NCBI GenBank assembly: GCA_964643795.1
Contig: CAZXUC010000018.1
Coordinates: 2,238 to 66,237 of the forward strand
Source of the DNA: an uncultured Halobacteriales archaeon
Lineage (GTDB): Archaea; Thermoplasmatota; E2; JACPAO01; JAHFTW01
Direction: 5' to 3'
DNA length: 64,000 bases
The stretch's first letter is position 1. Every line of letters starts with the position of its first letter. The notes beneath the pieces were generated by a model. The model ran no database searches. It was not told where the DNA came from and saw only the letters and a list, made by a program, of their open reading frames with translations. The position numbers and the translations under genes were made by a program. Below are positions 38,996 to 48,351 of this stretch, in pieces.

Positions 38996-39490
38996 GTGAC
39001 TGACGAACTGCGCATCCGGCGCCGCAGCCGCCTACGCGAGAAGGAAACCAAGGGCCTGCATGAGGACATCACCGCCCGTCTCGGTGGCTCCGGCATCTGG
39101 CCGGAGGACGCGACCGTCGAGACGGCGGAATTCCTCGAACGCCAAGTCATCGTCGTGGGAAACCTCGTGCACGGCATCTACCACGAAGGGACTCCATTCC
39201 TCTCGGTGCGCGGGCTTCTTGCGTACAAGCCGCAACTGCGCTTCGTCACCGTGGACATGGGCGCCGTCAAGTTTGTCTGCAACGGGGCGGACGTCATGGC
39301 GCCCGGAATCGTCGAAGCCGACCCTGCCCTCCAGGTCGGTGACTGGTGTTGGATCCGCGACGAGCGCAACAAGCAGCCCCTCGCCGTTGGGAAAGCCCTC
39401 GTCCCGGGGACGGCCATGGTGCGCGGGAAGGGCAAAGCCGTGCAGTCCATCCATCACCTCGGCGACAAATTGTGGCTCGTCGAGAATTGA
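38996..39490 (+). CDS. PUA-domain RNA-binding protein (DUF1947/Tma20-MCT1-like)
   Basis: VTVDMGAVKFVCNGADVMAPGI, KGKAV..IHHLGD.LW. Confidence 0.9.
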   Translation: MTDELRIRRRSRLREKETKGLHEDITARLGGSGIWPEDATVETAEFLERQVIVVGNLVHGIYHEGTPFLSVRGLLAYKPQLRFVTVDMGAVKFVCNGADVMAPGIVEADPALQVGDWCWIRDERNKQPLAVGKALVPGTAMVRGKGKAVQSIHHLGDKLWLVEN

Positions 39491-39609
39491 AAGCGTGTGT
39501 TCCTGGTGAAAGGCCCGCCGCCTACCGTCTCCAGCCCACTCGAAGGACCACGAGGTAAAGTCGCTAGCCTTATCTGTGGGAACAGGAGTGGAAGGGTTGG
39601 GATGCACTA

Positions 39610-39984
39610 ATGGGATTGAAGTCTCTCTTCACGCCGCGCACGGCCACCAAGCGTTCGGACGGGGCCGACTACATCGACCTCGAGGAATACACGCAAGGCA
39701 CCGAGATGTTCGACGGCACGGCCAGCATGATGGTCCGCGTCGCGGAGATCGCGAAGTACGACGACCTGCGCGAGTACGCGAACTACGTTTACCAGGGCAA
39801 CCTCCTGCTCCTCGACTTCTCCGCCATCGCGAACGACGAGATTATTCTCCGCCGCGTCACGGGCGACTTGAAGAAGCTCGTCGCGGACATCAACGGCGAC
39901 ATCGCGGGCCTCGGCAAGACTATGCTCATCATCGCGCCGACCGGCGTCAAGATTGACCGGCATAAGGCGCGCTCGGGCCGCTAG
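39610..39984 (+). CDS. sepF: Cell division protein SepF (archaeal)
   Basis: N-terminal amphipathic MGLKSLF, YIDL, VY.GNLLLLD, GDIAGLG...IIAP.GVKIDR. Confidence 0.88.
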   Translation: MGLKSLFTPRTATKRSDGADYIDLEEYTQGTEMFDGTASMMVRVAEIAKYDDLREYANYVYQGNLLLLDFSAIANDEIILRRVTGDLKKLVADINGDIAGLGKTMLIIAPTGVKIDRHKARSGR

Positions 39985-40044
39985 GCGGACGACGCTGGGC
40001 AAATTGAGATTGCGGATTTGACTCAGCTTCAGCTCCGCTTCCTC

Positions 40045-40495
40045 TTTCCGCAGATGACACAGATTTCGCAGACCGTTGCAGTCCCTTCGTACCGTTGAAC
40101 TCTGTGACCGGTCCCGACTACGCGAGCAATGCGGTAGGCCAGCGGCGCGCCGCTTCACGCGGAGGCCGCGGAAGTTCGCGGAACGACCGGTCGCAGAACG
40201 CGCAGAAACCACAGAATTCGTTTCTGCGCCTTCTGTGCGTTCTGCGACTGGGCGTCGGCGGCTCGCGGCGTGTTCCGCGTTTTCCGCGCACTCCGCGTGA
40301 AAAGGGCGAGTCCTGCTGCGATGGCAAACCGTGGACCACGCCGACGTCGGCGGACTGCGGTAATCCATGTGACCGAGGCATCGATCAACGGATCTGTTGT
40401 GCTAGCCGGATTGCTGGCGTAACCTGCCGAGCCTAGAATGGGGTCAGGCCTCCAGTCCGATGGAATACCGCATCTGCGTCATCTGCGGAAAAGTC
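40045..40495. repeat. Triple-nested 9-bp-periodic palindrome containing the 188-bp core
   Basis: Outer tttccgcagatgacacagat/atctgcgtcatctgcggaaa; middle ttcacgcggag.../...ctccgcgtgaa; inner gtcgcagaacgc.../...gcgttctgcgac. Confidence 0.85.
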
Positions 40496-40571
40496 GTGGG
40501 TGGCGCAAACCCCCGCTCCCCAACGCTTTTTTGACACTTCACCTCGGCAGGCCACAGTGCCTACGAGCTTC

Positions 40572-41165
40572 ATGGCGGAGGCCATCTGCCCCGGTTGCGA
40601 CGGGCGCGGCCTCTCCTACACCACGGAGAACGTGGACCTGCCCTTCCTCGGCATGAGCCTGGAAGTCCTCTTGCGCTGCGAATCGTGTGGCTACCGGCAC
40701 ACGGACTTCGTGTTGACGGAGCACCGCGAACCGACGCGCTACAGTTACACGGTCCGGACCGGCGACGACATGATGGTGCGGGTCGTGCGTTCAGGATCCG
40801 GCACCATCCGCATCCCCGAGCTCGGCATCACGATCGAACCCGGTGCCGCGTCGGAGGCCTTCGTCAGCAACATCGAGGGCATCCTCGTGCGCGTCGAGCG
40901 CATCCTCGACCAGCTCCTGCGCGACGCCGAGGACGACGCGCAGCGCACACGCATCTTGGACCTCCTCGAGACGATGGGGAAAATGCGCGAGGGGCAGGCG
41001 GAGCCGGTGACGGTCATCCTGGAAGACCCGTTCGGCAACTCAGCGATTCTTGCGGAAGGCGCGACGCATGAACCCATCTCCGAGGAGGACGCTAACCGCC
41101 TCAAGTTTGGAATGGTCGTCATCGATCCGACAACGGACGCCAAGGCTGAGAAAGACCAGGACTAG
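40572..41165 (+). CDS. ZPR1 zinc-finger protein
   Basis: CPGC...CESCGYR, RVVRS...IRIPELG..IEPG, SNIEG, LEDPFGNS. Confidence 0.92.
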   Translation: MAEAICPGCDGRGLSYTTENVDLPFLGMSLEVLLRCESCGYRHTDFVLTEHREPTRYSYTVRTGDDMMVRVVRSGSGTIRIPELGITIEPGAASEAFVSNIEGILVRVERILDQLLRDAEDDAQRTRILDLLETMGKMREGQAEPVTVILEDPFGNSAILAEGATHEPISEEDANRLKFGMVVIDPTTDAKAEKDQD

Positions 41166-41202
41166 GCCACGAACACGCTGTCCAGCTCACGCGACGGCCA
41201 AA

Positions 41203-41436
41203 TCAGGCGTGTTCCTCGACTTCGTCCTTGAATTGCTCCGGGAACAGGTGCCACGCCGCCATCATGCCGAGGCCGAGACGGACGAGCATGTCACGCTCCA
41301 AGGAACGAGCTTCGTCGGGGAATTCTTTCGCAATCAGTTGCCGCATTTCGCGTTCTTGGACGGCTGTCAGTCGCCCCAGCCGCTCGGTCCCGATCAGGAT
41401 CTTGAGGCGCAGACGTTCTGGTGCGGAAAGCATCAT
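41203..41436 (-). CDS. Small hypothetical protein
   Basis: 77 aa; ATGA overlap with the upstream small gene. Confidence 0.5.
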   Translation of the reverse strand: MMLSAPERLRLKILIGTERLGRLTAVQEREMRQLIAKEFPDEARSLERDMLVRLGLGMMAAWHLFPEQFKDEVEEHA

Positions 41437-41669
41437 GCGTTCAGCCTACGCGCAATAGTCGTTGCATCCTCATCCATGTTTCGCTGGAGGACCTTTGCCA
41501 ATGGTCTAAGGGCGAAGTTTTCACGCTCCAGGGTGCGGATGCGTTGTTCAAGCTCGCGCATCCGTTCGCGTTGCTGGTCGAGCTCCCGCCGAACGAGGAG
41601 GGCCACTAGGGTAAGCAGCCCACCCGTCAAGGTCACGACTAGACCGAACGCAGAAGCCGTCCAATCCAT
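41433..41669 (-). CDS. Small TM + coiled-coil protein
   Basis: N-terminal TM then LDQQRERMRELEQRIRTLE; GAGG site upstream, 9 nt after the RPA-associated gene stop. Confidence 0.55.
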   Translation of the reverse strand: MDWTASAFGLVVTLTGGLLTLVALLVRRELDQQRERMRELEQRIRTLERENFALRPLAKVLQRNMDEDATTIARRLNA

Positions 41670-41678
41670 GAGCCAACC

Positions 41679-42644
41679 TCACGTCGACTTGAGGACACCG
41701 AGCGTCGGCTCGTAGATGAGTCCCTTGTCCATTAGGCGGTTGAGAGACTCCTCGACGTCTTCCGACGTGATGCCGCCCTTGCCTACGTCGCCGAGCACAT
41801 CGTCCCAGCGCGCGCCTTTGGCTCCCTCGAGTCGACCTACGGCGGCAATGACTTGTTGGTCAAGTGCCTCTTGGGCCGCATCGACTTCGGGGCCCTTTGC
41901 GGCTGCCACGACGGGCGCCTTCCATGCGGGCGCATCGCCCGTCGCTTGCGGTGCCGTGACGCCGCCACCCATTCCCGTGGGCTGCGGTTCGTCGCGACGC
42001 ACGACTTCGTGCACGGGCATGGCGTTGCCAGAGACGAGGTAGCCTACCGAGGTGCGCAGCATGTCGCCGAAGCGCTCGACATCCGTCAAGCCGTAGTGTT
42101 GCTGGGCAAGCATCGCGCCTTCCGCGGTCGCTTTCGGGACGCCTTGCGCTGAGAGGCTGTCGGGCGTCGCCTTCGGGTCGGCGCGCGCGAGGCGGACGGC
42201 CTTGAGGCGCTCGTTTGTGCGGCGCGCCGTGTCGAGGACCCATTGGTCACGAGTGGCTTCGTCGACGACCGAGATGGACTCGGGGCGCACGGAGACGAAG
42301 ATGGAGCCTGGCTCCGGTTCGTAACTGCGCGCCTTTCCCGTGACTGCCACGTATTGGGGAGGCTGGATCTGGCTCAACGCTTGCGCTGCTTCAGGCTGAT
42401 ACTGGCCAGCGTACACGGTGAAGACACCGGTGGGGTCGCTGATGCGGGCGCGCCACGATTCACCGGATTCTCCCACGGGTTCGACTTCGGTGCAGACGCC
42501 GACGATGTGGATGCGGTTGACCTTTGCACCGAGCGGCGTCACGAGGAAGGATGGGTCCTTCTCGCCTTGGCCCTTGATCTCGGTGCGACTGGCGTTGAAT
42601 TCTTGGGCGAAGGCCCGGTGCGCGACTTCCCGTTGGTAGGCCAT
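41679..42644 (-). CDS. RPA-associated OB-fold protein (RPA32-like) with C-terminal wHTH
   Basis: REVAHRAFA.EF, TPLGAKVNR, DPTG.F.VYAGQYQPEA, SVRPE, KGLIYEP. Confidence 0.9.
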   Translation of the reverse strand: MAYQREVAHRAFAQEFNASRTEIKGQGEKDPSFLVTPLGAKVNRIHIVGVCTEVEPVGESGESWRARISDPTGVFTVYAGQYQPEAAQALSQIQPPQYVAVTGKARSYEPEPGSIFVSVRPESISVVDEATRDQWVLDTARRTNERLKAVRLARADPKATPDSLSAQGVPKATAEGAMLAQQHYGLTDVERFGDMLRTSVGYLVSGNAMPVHEVVRRDEPQPTGMGGGVTAPQATGDAPAWKAPVVAAAKGPEVDAAQEALDQQVIAAVGRLEGAKGARWDDVLGDVGKGGITSEDVEESLNRLMDKGLIYEPTLGVLKST

Positions 42645-44029
42645 CAGACTGCCCCCTTTGTGGACGCGGCGGTCGCAGCCTTTGCGGCGGCGAGGGCGCC
42701 GGCGAGTTTCTCGGCTTCCTCTTGCACGTCTTCCGTGTGGACAGCCATGGCACGGGCGATGAGCATGATGCCGTACTCGTCACTCATGGCGTTGCCGCGC
42801 ACGGTGAAGACGCGTGCAGTCAACTTCTCCCTCAACTGGTCCCAGATGACTTCTGGGCGGAAAGCCGCCTTGGCTTCCGCGACGCACTGGTCGAGGTTCT
42901 TGTCGAGGAGCTTCTCGGTGAGTTCGCGGCCCACGATGACGCTGATGGCTCCGGTGCCATCGTCGAGGATGCCCTTGATGCGTAGGTCGGGAGTGCCTTC
43001 GACGCGGTTGTGCAAACGGCATTGACCAGCAGTGAGGACGCGGGTGCAGCCCGCCGTGCTGCAGCGGAGCACCAGGCCTGATCCCGCTCTGACTTCGAGG
43101 AGCGTCGCCGTGACGGTGACGTCGTTGCCGCCATTGCGCTCGACGATGGTCGCAAGCGGCGTGGCAGGGCGGACCGCGAGGGCTTCGAGGGCGGGGATGT
43201 CGATCGTCGCTGGCGTGACCTTCGCGTCCTGGTCGAAATTGAACTGCGGGGTGCCGCGGTAGCCGCGCACGTAGCCGCCTTCGATGGTGACGGCTTGGCC
43301 GGGCTGGAGCTGGTGGTCGTGCCAAGAAGTGAACTCGACTTGGCCCGAGGCGTCGGCGAGGACGCCGCCCCACAGTGTCTTGGGTTGCTCTTTGACGGTA
43401 ACTTGGCGGGGCGCCACCGCAAGGATGCGGCCGGAGACGCGGATGCCACGCAGGCCCTCCTTGAGGTCCGCCACGCGGGTGTCGGCGAACGTGATGGGTT
43501 GGCGCGGGATGGCTTCGGCGTCAAGCTTCTCGATTATCGTGCGGTCGCCGAAGTTGACCTGGCCTTGGCCATTGTACTCCTTCGTGTAGGCGCCCTGGAC
43601 TTCGATGACGTCGCCCTTCTCGATTCCCGTGAGGGGACGCCATGACGTGTAGGGGGCGCTGCCGGTCTCGTCGCCGAGCAGGCCCCACACGATCTGCTTG
43701 CTTTCGCCGCGTGCGACGACGTCGCGCAGGTTGATGGTGAGGACGCGCGCCTTGAGGTGGACGTTGTTCGCGTTCGCGGGCAGGTTGGCCAGGGGAATGA
43801 GGCCTTGCGGTGCCTGTGTTCCGACGGGACGGGCGCTGGCAGTCACGACGCCGTGGTGCCGGAGGATCGTCCGGATGGCTTGGTCGACGGGGACGCCGTA
43901 CTCGAGGTATTTCGCGAACTCGTCCTTGATGTCGGACTCCTTCAGTTCGGTGCCAATCTTGCTGCCGAGCGCCTTGCGAAGCGTCTCTAGGTGCGGGGCG
44001 AGGTCTTGTTCTTGCGTTGTGCTGTGCAT
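42644..44029 (-). CDS. rpa: Replication protein A (multi-OB fold, zinc finger)
   Basis: GLLGDETG, LADASG, C.T.GC.R.L..G.C..H, DLRIKGILDDGTG. Confidence 0.92.
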   Translation of the reverse strand: MHSTTQEQDLAPHLETLRKALGSKIGTELKESDIKDEFAKYLEYGVPVDQAIRTILRHHGVVTASARPVGTQAPQGLIPLANLPANANNVHLKARVLTINLRDVVARGESKQIVWGLLGDETGSAPYTSWRPLTGIEKGDVIEVQGAYTKEYNGQGQVNFGDRTIIEKLDAEAIPRQPITFADTRVADLKEGLRGIRVSGRILAVAPRQVTVKEQPKTLWGGVLADASGQVEFTSWHDHQLQPGQAVTIEGGYVRGYRGTPQFNFDQDAKVTPATIDIPALEALAVRPATPLATIVERNGGNDVTVTATLLEVRAGSGLVLRCSTAGCTRVLTAGQCRLHNRVEGTPDLRIKGILDDGTGAISVIVGRELTEKLLDKNLDQCVAEAKAAFRPEVIWDQLREKLTARVFTVRGNAMSDEYGIMLIARAMAVHTEDVQEEAEKLAGALAAAKAATAASTKGAV

Positions 44030-44204
44030 GGTTTCACCAAGCGGCCAAGTAGTGCTTTTCGAGGGCCGCAGACGGGTCAAGCCAGGCCTGCACGCAAACC
44101 GCGTGGCACAGGCCAAGGTGTGCCCGATTTCACCCAACCCCCACTCGACCTTGAAGCCTGGGGGATGGGGCGGATGAAACCACTGGAGCGGCTCCAGGGG
44201 CCAG

Positions 44205-44273
44205 AGCGGTGTGGCAGCGCTGTGGCGGCGGTAGTTCGACGCCGGTTCGACGGCGGTTCGGCGCTGGTTCGGA
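44205..44273. repeat. Two short 11-bp-period tandem arrays, including (GTTC-N7)x4
   Basis: gagcggtgtgg cagcgctgtgg cggcggt; gttcgacgccg gttcgacggcg gttcggcgctg gttcgg. Confidence 0.55.
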
Positions 44274-44279
44274 GGTCGT

Positions 44280-44771
44280 TCAGCGGCGGCGCAAGGCCAC
44301 GGCAGCGAGGAGGCCTAACGTAAGCAGGGGCAACGGGGCACCCGGAATGCCAGTCTTGCCGGACGTGCTGGGTCCATCCTCGTAATCCACCACGTCGCCG
44401 GCCACGACGTTCAGCGTGACGGTGTCGCTGGTCGGCTCGTCGCGCAGGGCGTAGGTGCCGGGCGCGCCCATGGGGAATTTCTCGGAATCCTGGATGTCAA
44501 CCGCTTCCACCGTGACCGAGGCTGCGTGACCGGCGAGGCTGACCGTGTGACGGACGTCGTCGTCGTTGTAGACCGAGAGCATGAACCAGTCGCCGGAGGT
44601 GAAATTGAGCTGGGACACCGACGCGATTCCGAGGTCGTCTACGTCCACGGTGAGGATGCATGGATTGGCTTCGACGCATCCGTCCTCCGCTTGGACTTGC
44701 CCTGACGCATGGGGCGCAACGACAAGCATAGACAGCACGGCGGCAAAGGGCAGGAGGGGGGACCGGCGCAT
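44280..44771 (-). CDS. Secreted cupredoxin-like protein with PGx-CTERM anchor
   Basis: Signal peptide; GD...L.V.N.D...H.V; PGTY; IPGAP-TM-RRR. Confidence 0.7.
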   Translation of the reverse strand: MRRSPLLPFAAVLSMLVVAPHASGQVQAEDGCVEANPCILTVDVDDLGIASVSQLNFTSGDWFMLSVYNDDDVRHTVSLAGHAASVTVEAVDIQDSEKFPMGAPGTYALRDEPTSDTVTLNVVAGDVVDYEDGPSTSGKTGIPGAPLPLLTLGLLAAVALRRR

Positions 44772-44914
44772 AGTTGGACCGCGGGGTGAAAACGAGGTGG
44801 AGAGGATAGGGTTTGCCCGCCCAGTAGCTGAGGGGTGCGTCCTGGGCGGGCGGTGAGGGGTAGAAAGAAAGGGGCGAAGGTTGGGAAGAGAGGAGGAGAA
44901 GTGGATGTCCCGGC

Positions 44915-45586
44915 TCAGGCTGCGGGCGACGTGGACTCGGTCTCCGAGTCGGACTCTTGCTCGGCGTCGCCCCTGCTGCCAGCGTCTTCACCGCGGTGGC
45001 GGCGTTCTTCGACGTGCTCACGCACGGCGTCCCACCGCGCATGCAAGGCGGCCAGGCGGTCGCGCAGGTGTGCCAGGCGCTCAATCATGCGGTCCTGGTG
45101 CTCCTCGATTCGGTCAATCTTTTCCTGCACGGACTCGGCGGTTTCATTGCCGGTGAAGTTGCCCGAGGCCAATTTGTCCTCAAGCATCGCTTCGCGGACC
45201 TCAAGGCGCCCGATGCGGCGCTCTAGGGCGGCGATGGCGCCGAGCATGGCGTGCGCCTCACGGCGGGCCTGGTGGGAGCGGTCTGAGAACTCCTCAAACT
45301 TCTCGCAGCGTTCCTGCTCCGATTCGTTCAGTTCGTCGGCCTGGGCGCTGCACCTGTCCGCGTACTGCTCCTTCGCGCCGTCGCGGCGCTCTTGGGCAGC
45401 TTCGCGGTGCTGCGCGGCGGTTTCGCGTTGCGCTGCAGCGCGGTCCTTGCCTTGCTCGCTCTGGGATGAGGATGAATCGGACTCGGACCCAGCGTCATGG
45501 GCAGCCACGGGGGCTGCGAGGGCGGTGGCGACGAGGAGCCCGAAGGCCAGGGCGGCCATCAGGGGTTTTCGAAGGTTCTTGGTCAT
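44915..45586 (-). CDS. Secreted coiled-coil protein
   Basis: AAGGAGGA site and TATA (attaaata) upstream; signal peptide to VAA-HD; charged heptads. Confidence 0.7.
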   Translation of the reverse strand: MTKNLRKPLMAALAFGLLVATALAAPVAAHDAGSESDSSSSQSEQGKDRAAAQRETAAQHREAAQERRDGAKEQYADRCSAQADELNESEQERCEKFEEFSDRSHQARREAHAMLGAIAALERRIGRLEVREAMLEDKLASGNFTGNETAESVQEKIDRIEEHQDRMIERLAHLRDRLAALHARWDAVREHVEERRHRGEDAGSRGDAEQESDSETESTSPAA

Positions 45587-46001
45587 TGCATGTCCTCCTT
45601 GGACGGCAGACATCCGGTTGCCATGGTATTTAATGGGCTTCGTGCGGGACTCGAACGGACGGGCCAACGGGGTTACGGGACGGCGACTGAGTTGCGATTT
45701 CGGCGCGCCACGTCCTTTCGGCCCCCTGACTTGATGACGATGGTCGCCCGTGGAATCTTGGCCGGATCAACCCTGGGGGCTGGAGCCTGCTTACGCGTCA
45801 TCATGCTTGGATTGCCCCAGCGAGTACATAAGCGTACGACAGTACGTACGCGCCGATTGACACCACGAGCACGTAGAGTCCGCGTCGCCTATCTTCTGCC
45901 GCGCTTTGCATCGCCGAATCGTTGGCCCGCTCATAGTTTGGGTAAGCCGCGAGTACGTGGTCACGGTCGAGTAGGCACCCCAGACAGACACCGTCCGCGG
46001 C

Positions 46002-46538
46002 CTACCGGTTCCGCTGGCAGTTCTTCAGCAGTTCCAATGTGATGGGCACCCGTTCATCAACCGCGAGGCGCAGGCTGTGGTGCGTCGGCAGTTCGTGGCT
46101 GTAGTGCAGCGAGACGGTGACGCCGGCTTCCTTGACGGCGGTGACAACGGGAACGAAGTCGCTGTCGCCGGTAATGAGGATGGCCTTGTCGATGTTCTTC
46201 GACGGGGCAAGCCGCAAGAGGTCCACGGCTAGCTGAATGTCCACGCCCTTCTGCTTGAACTTCCCGTCCACCCTCTGCAACCGGCCCTCGCGGACCTCGA
46301 AACGGTTCAACGAGTTGAGCCGCGACGCGAACTTCTGGTAGCCCGAAAGGCGCTGGCTTTCCTCGGGCGTGGGGACTGGACTCTGCCACGGCGGACAGTG
46401 GTAGTAGTACGTCCGAAGCCGTTCATCCGGCTTGCAGATTTCGTCGGTGAACCGCTCCTAGTCGATGCGGATTCGGTCGTGAAAATCAAGAACGTGGTCG
46501 AAATAGCCGCCGTCGATGAAGACCGCCACTTTTCCCAC
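46002..46538 (-). pseudogene. NYN (PIN-like) domain nuclease interrupted by one in-frame TAG
   Basis: VAVFIDGGY...RID*ERF...RTYYY...QKGVDIQLAVD...LITGDSDFVP; TAG at 46458-46460 with the frame otherwise continuous. Confidence 0.85.
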
Positions 46539-46838
46539 ATGAGCACCAAAGGGGGAATCTAAACCCGGCATCCCGTGAGGAACGCCGGGGCGTATTCTGG
46601 GCATCCTCTCAGTTCCGCATCCGTATAAGTGTTCCTGAGTGGTCACAGGTTAGGTCTCCTGGGCCACGTGGTCGTTAGTCAGTTCCACGTCGCCGCGCTT
46701 GGCCTCGGGGCCGCCCACCTTGCTTGCGCGGGTTGCGCCCGCGCGTCCCATTTCGTGCATGGTGGCGTCGATGCGCTGGAGGGCCTTGTCGAACCGGTCC
46801 TGCGGCACGATGGCCGCCCATCTCGGACACTTGTTGGC

Positions 46839-48314
46839 CTAATCCTCGCCCATCGGCCCGTCGGAGTCGTGATGCATATGCGCCTCGGCTACGGTCGACA
46901 ACGCGGAGCGCTTTCGGCACACGCCGGACTGGATGGCGGCTTCCTTGACGGCGCGGGCCACGACGCGGCCGACGCGGGGGTGGAACGTGCTGGGGACGAT
47001 GTAGTCCGCCGACAGCTCATGCGGTTCGACTAGGCTCGCGATAGCCTTCGCCGCCGCCACTTTCATCACTTCGTTGATGTCGGTCGCGCCGGCGTCGAGC
47101 GCGCCGCGGAAGACCCCGGGGAACGCGAGGACGTTGTTGATCTGGTTGGGATAGTCACTGCGGCCTGTCGCCATTACCGCGACGGTGTCGCCTGCGTCCT
47201 CCGGCGTAATCTCGGGGTCAGGGTTCGCCATCGCGAAGACGACGGGGGATTTCGCCATCGTGAGGATGTCCGCGCGCTGCAGCAGGCCCTTCGCGCTCAG
47301 GCCGACGAATACGTCGGCACCCTTGAGGGCGTCACGCAGCGTCCCCTTCATGTTGCGCGGGTTCGTGAGGCTTGCGTACTCCAGCTTCTCGGCGTTGAGG
47401 TCTGTGCGGTCGCGCGAGACGATGCCTTTGGAATCGCATCCAATGATGTCCTTGGCGCCCGCGGCGAGCATGATCTTCGTACAGGCCGTGCCGGACGCTC
47501 CGACTCCGGACACGACGATCTTGACCTTCGAGAGGTCCTTCTTGACGACCTTGAGGGCGTTCGTCATGGCCGCAAGCATCACGATGGCGGTCCCGTGCTG
47601 GTCGTCGTGGAAGACGGGAATATCCAACTCTGCCTTGAGGCGGCGTTCGATTTCGAAGCACTGCGGGGCCGCGATGTCCTCGAGGTTGATGCCGCCAAAA
47701 GTGGGGGCGATGGCTTTGACGAAGGCGACAATCTCGTCGGCCGTGTGCACGTCGATGCAGATGGGGAACGCATCGACGCCGCCGAACTCTTTGAAGAGTT
47801 GCGCCTTGCCCTCCATCACGGGCATCGCGGCTTCGGGCCCGAGATTACCTATGCCAAGGATGGCGGAGCCGTCACTCACCACGGCGACCGTGTTCTTGCG
47901 GATGGTGAGGTTGAAGGACGCCGACTTGTCCTTCGATATCGCCCAGCAGATGCGGGCGACGCCCGGCGTGTAGGCGATGGAAAGGTCGTCCCGCGTCTTG
48001 AGCGGGAGTTTGGAGTGCGTCGTGAGTTTTCCACCAAGGTGGGCAAGGAACACGCGGTCGGATACCGCAGCGACTGTGACGCCGTCCATCGCGTCGAGGC
48101 CGTGGCGCACCTTCTCGGCGTGTTCCTCCGACGAGCAATCCACCGTGATGTCGCGGATGAGGGTAGCTCCGCCCTTCTCCGTGCGCACCATGTCGATGGC
48201 ACCGATTGAGCCGCCAATCTCGCCGATCCTCGTCAGAATCTTCGCGAGCATCCCTGGCTTGTTGTCGATTGCTAGGCGGAGCGTGATGGAGTAGGAGGCG
48301 GAAAGGTGCGGCAC
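46839..48314 (-). CDS. NAD(P)-dependent malic enzyme with N-terminal ACT domain
   Basis: ACT (NKPGMLAKI), AYTPGVA, VMEGKA, NLEDI, FHDDQHGTA, GRSDYPNQINN. Confidence 0.94.
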   Translation of the reverse strand: MPHLSASYSITLRLAIDNKPGMLAKILTRIGEIGGSIGAIDMVRTEKGGATLIRDITVDCSSEEHAEKVRHGLDAMDGVTVAAVSDRVFLAHLGGKLTTHSKLPLKTRDDLSIAYTPGVARICWAISKDKSASFNLTIRKNTVAVVSDGSAILGIGNLGPEAAMPVMEGKAQLFKEFGGVDAFPICIDVHTADEIVAFVKAIAPTFGGINLEDIAAPQCFEIERRLKAELDIPVFHDDQHGTAIVMLAAMTNALKVVKKDLSKVKIVVSGVGASGTACTKIMLAAGAKDIIGCDSKGIVSRDRTDLNAEKLEYASLTNPRNMKGTLRDALKGADVFVGLSAKGLLQRADILTMAKSPVVFAMANPDPEITPEDAGDTVAVMATGRSDYPNQINNVLAFPGVFRGALDAGATDINEVMKVAAAKAIASLVEPHELSADYIVPSTFHPRVGRVVARAVKEAAIQSGVCRKRSALSTVAEAHMHHDSDGPMGED

Positions 48315-48351
48315 GGACGGCCACCAAGGGCGTTGGGGTCTTGAAGGCGAC

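Noticed and set aside
14791..40495. CRISPR array interpretation of the repeats
   Set aside because: The repeats are inverted and dispersed, with no regular repeat-spacer period and no cas genes.
45791..45991. 66-aa Cys-containing ORF
   Set aside because: Atypical codon usage and only a partial zinc-ribbon pattern; cannot be supported.
46458..46841. Amber (TAG) recoding or pyrrolysine, suggested by the in-frame TAG in NYN and the open frame after the malic enzyme TAG
   Set aside because: leuS, purA, rpl37e and sepF all end at TAG at their normal C-termini, and no pyl genes are seen.
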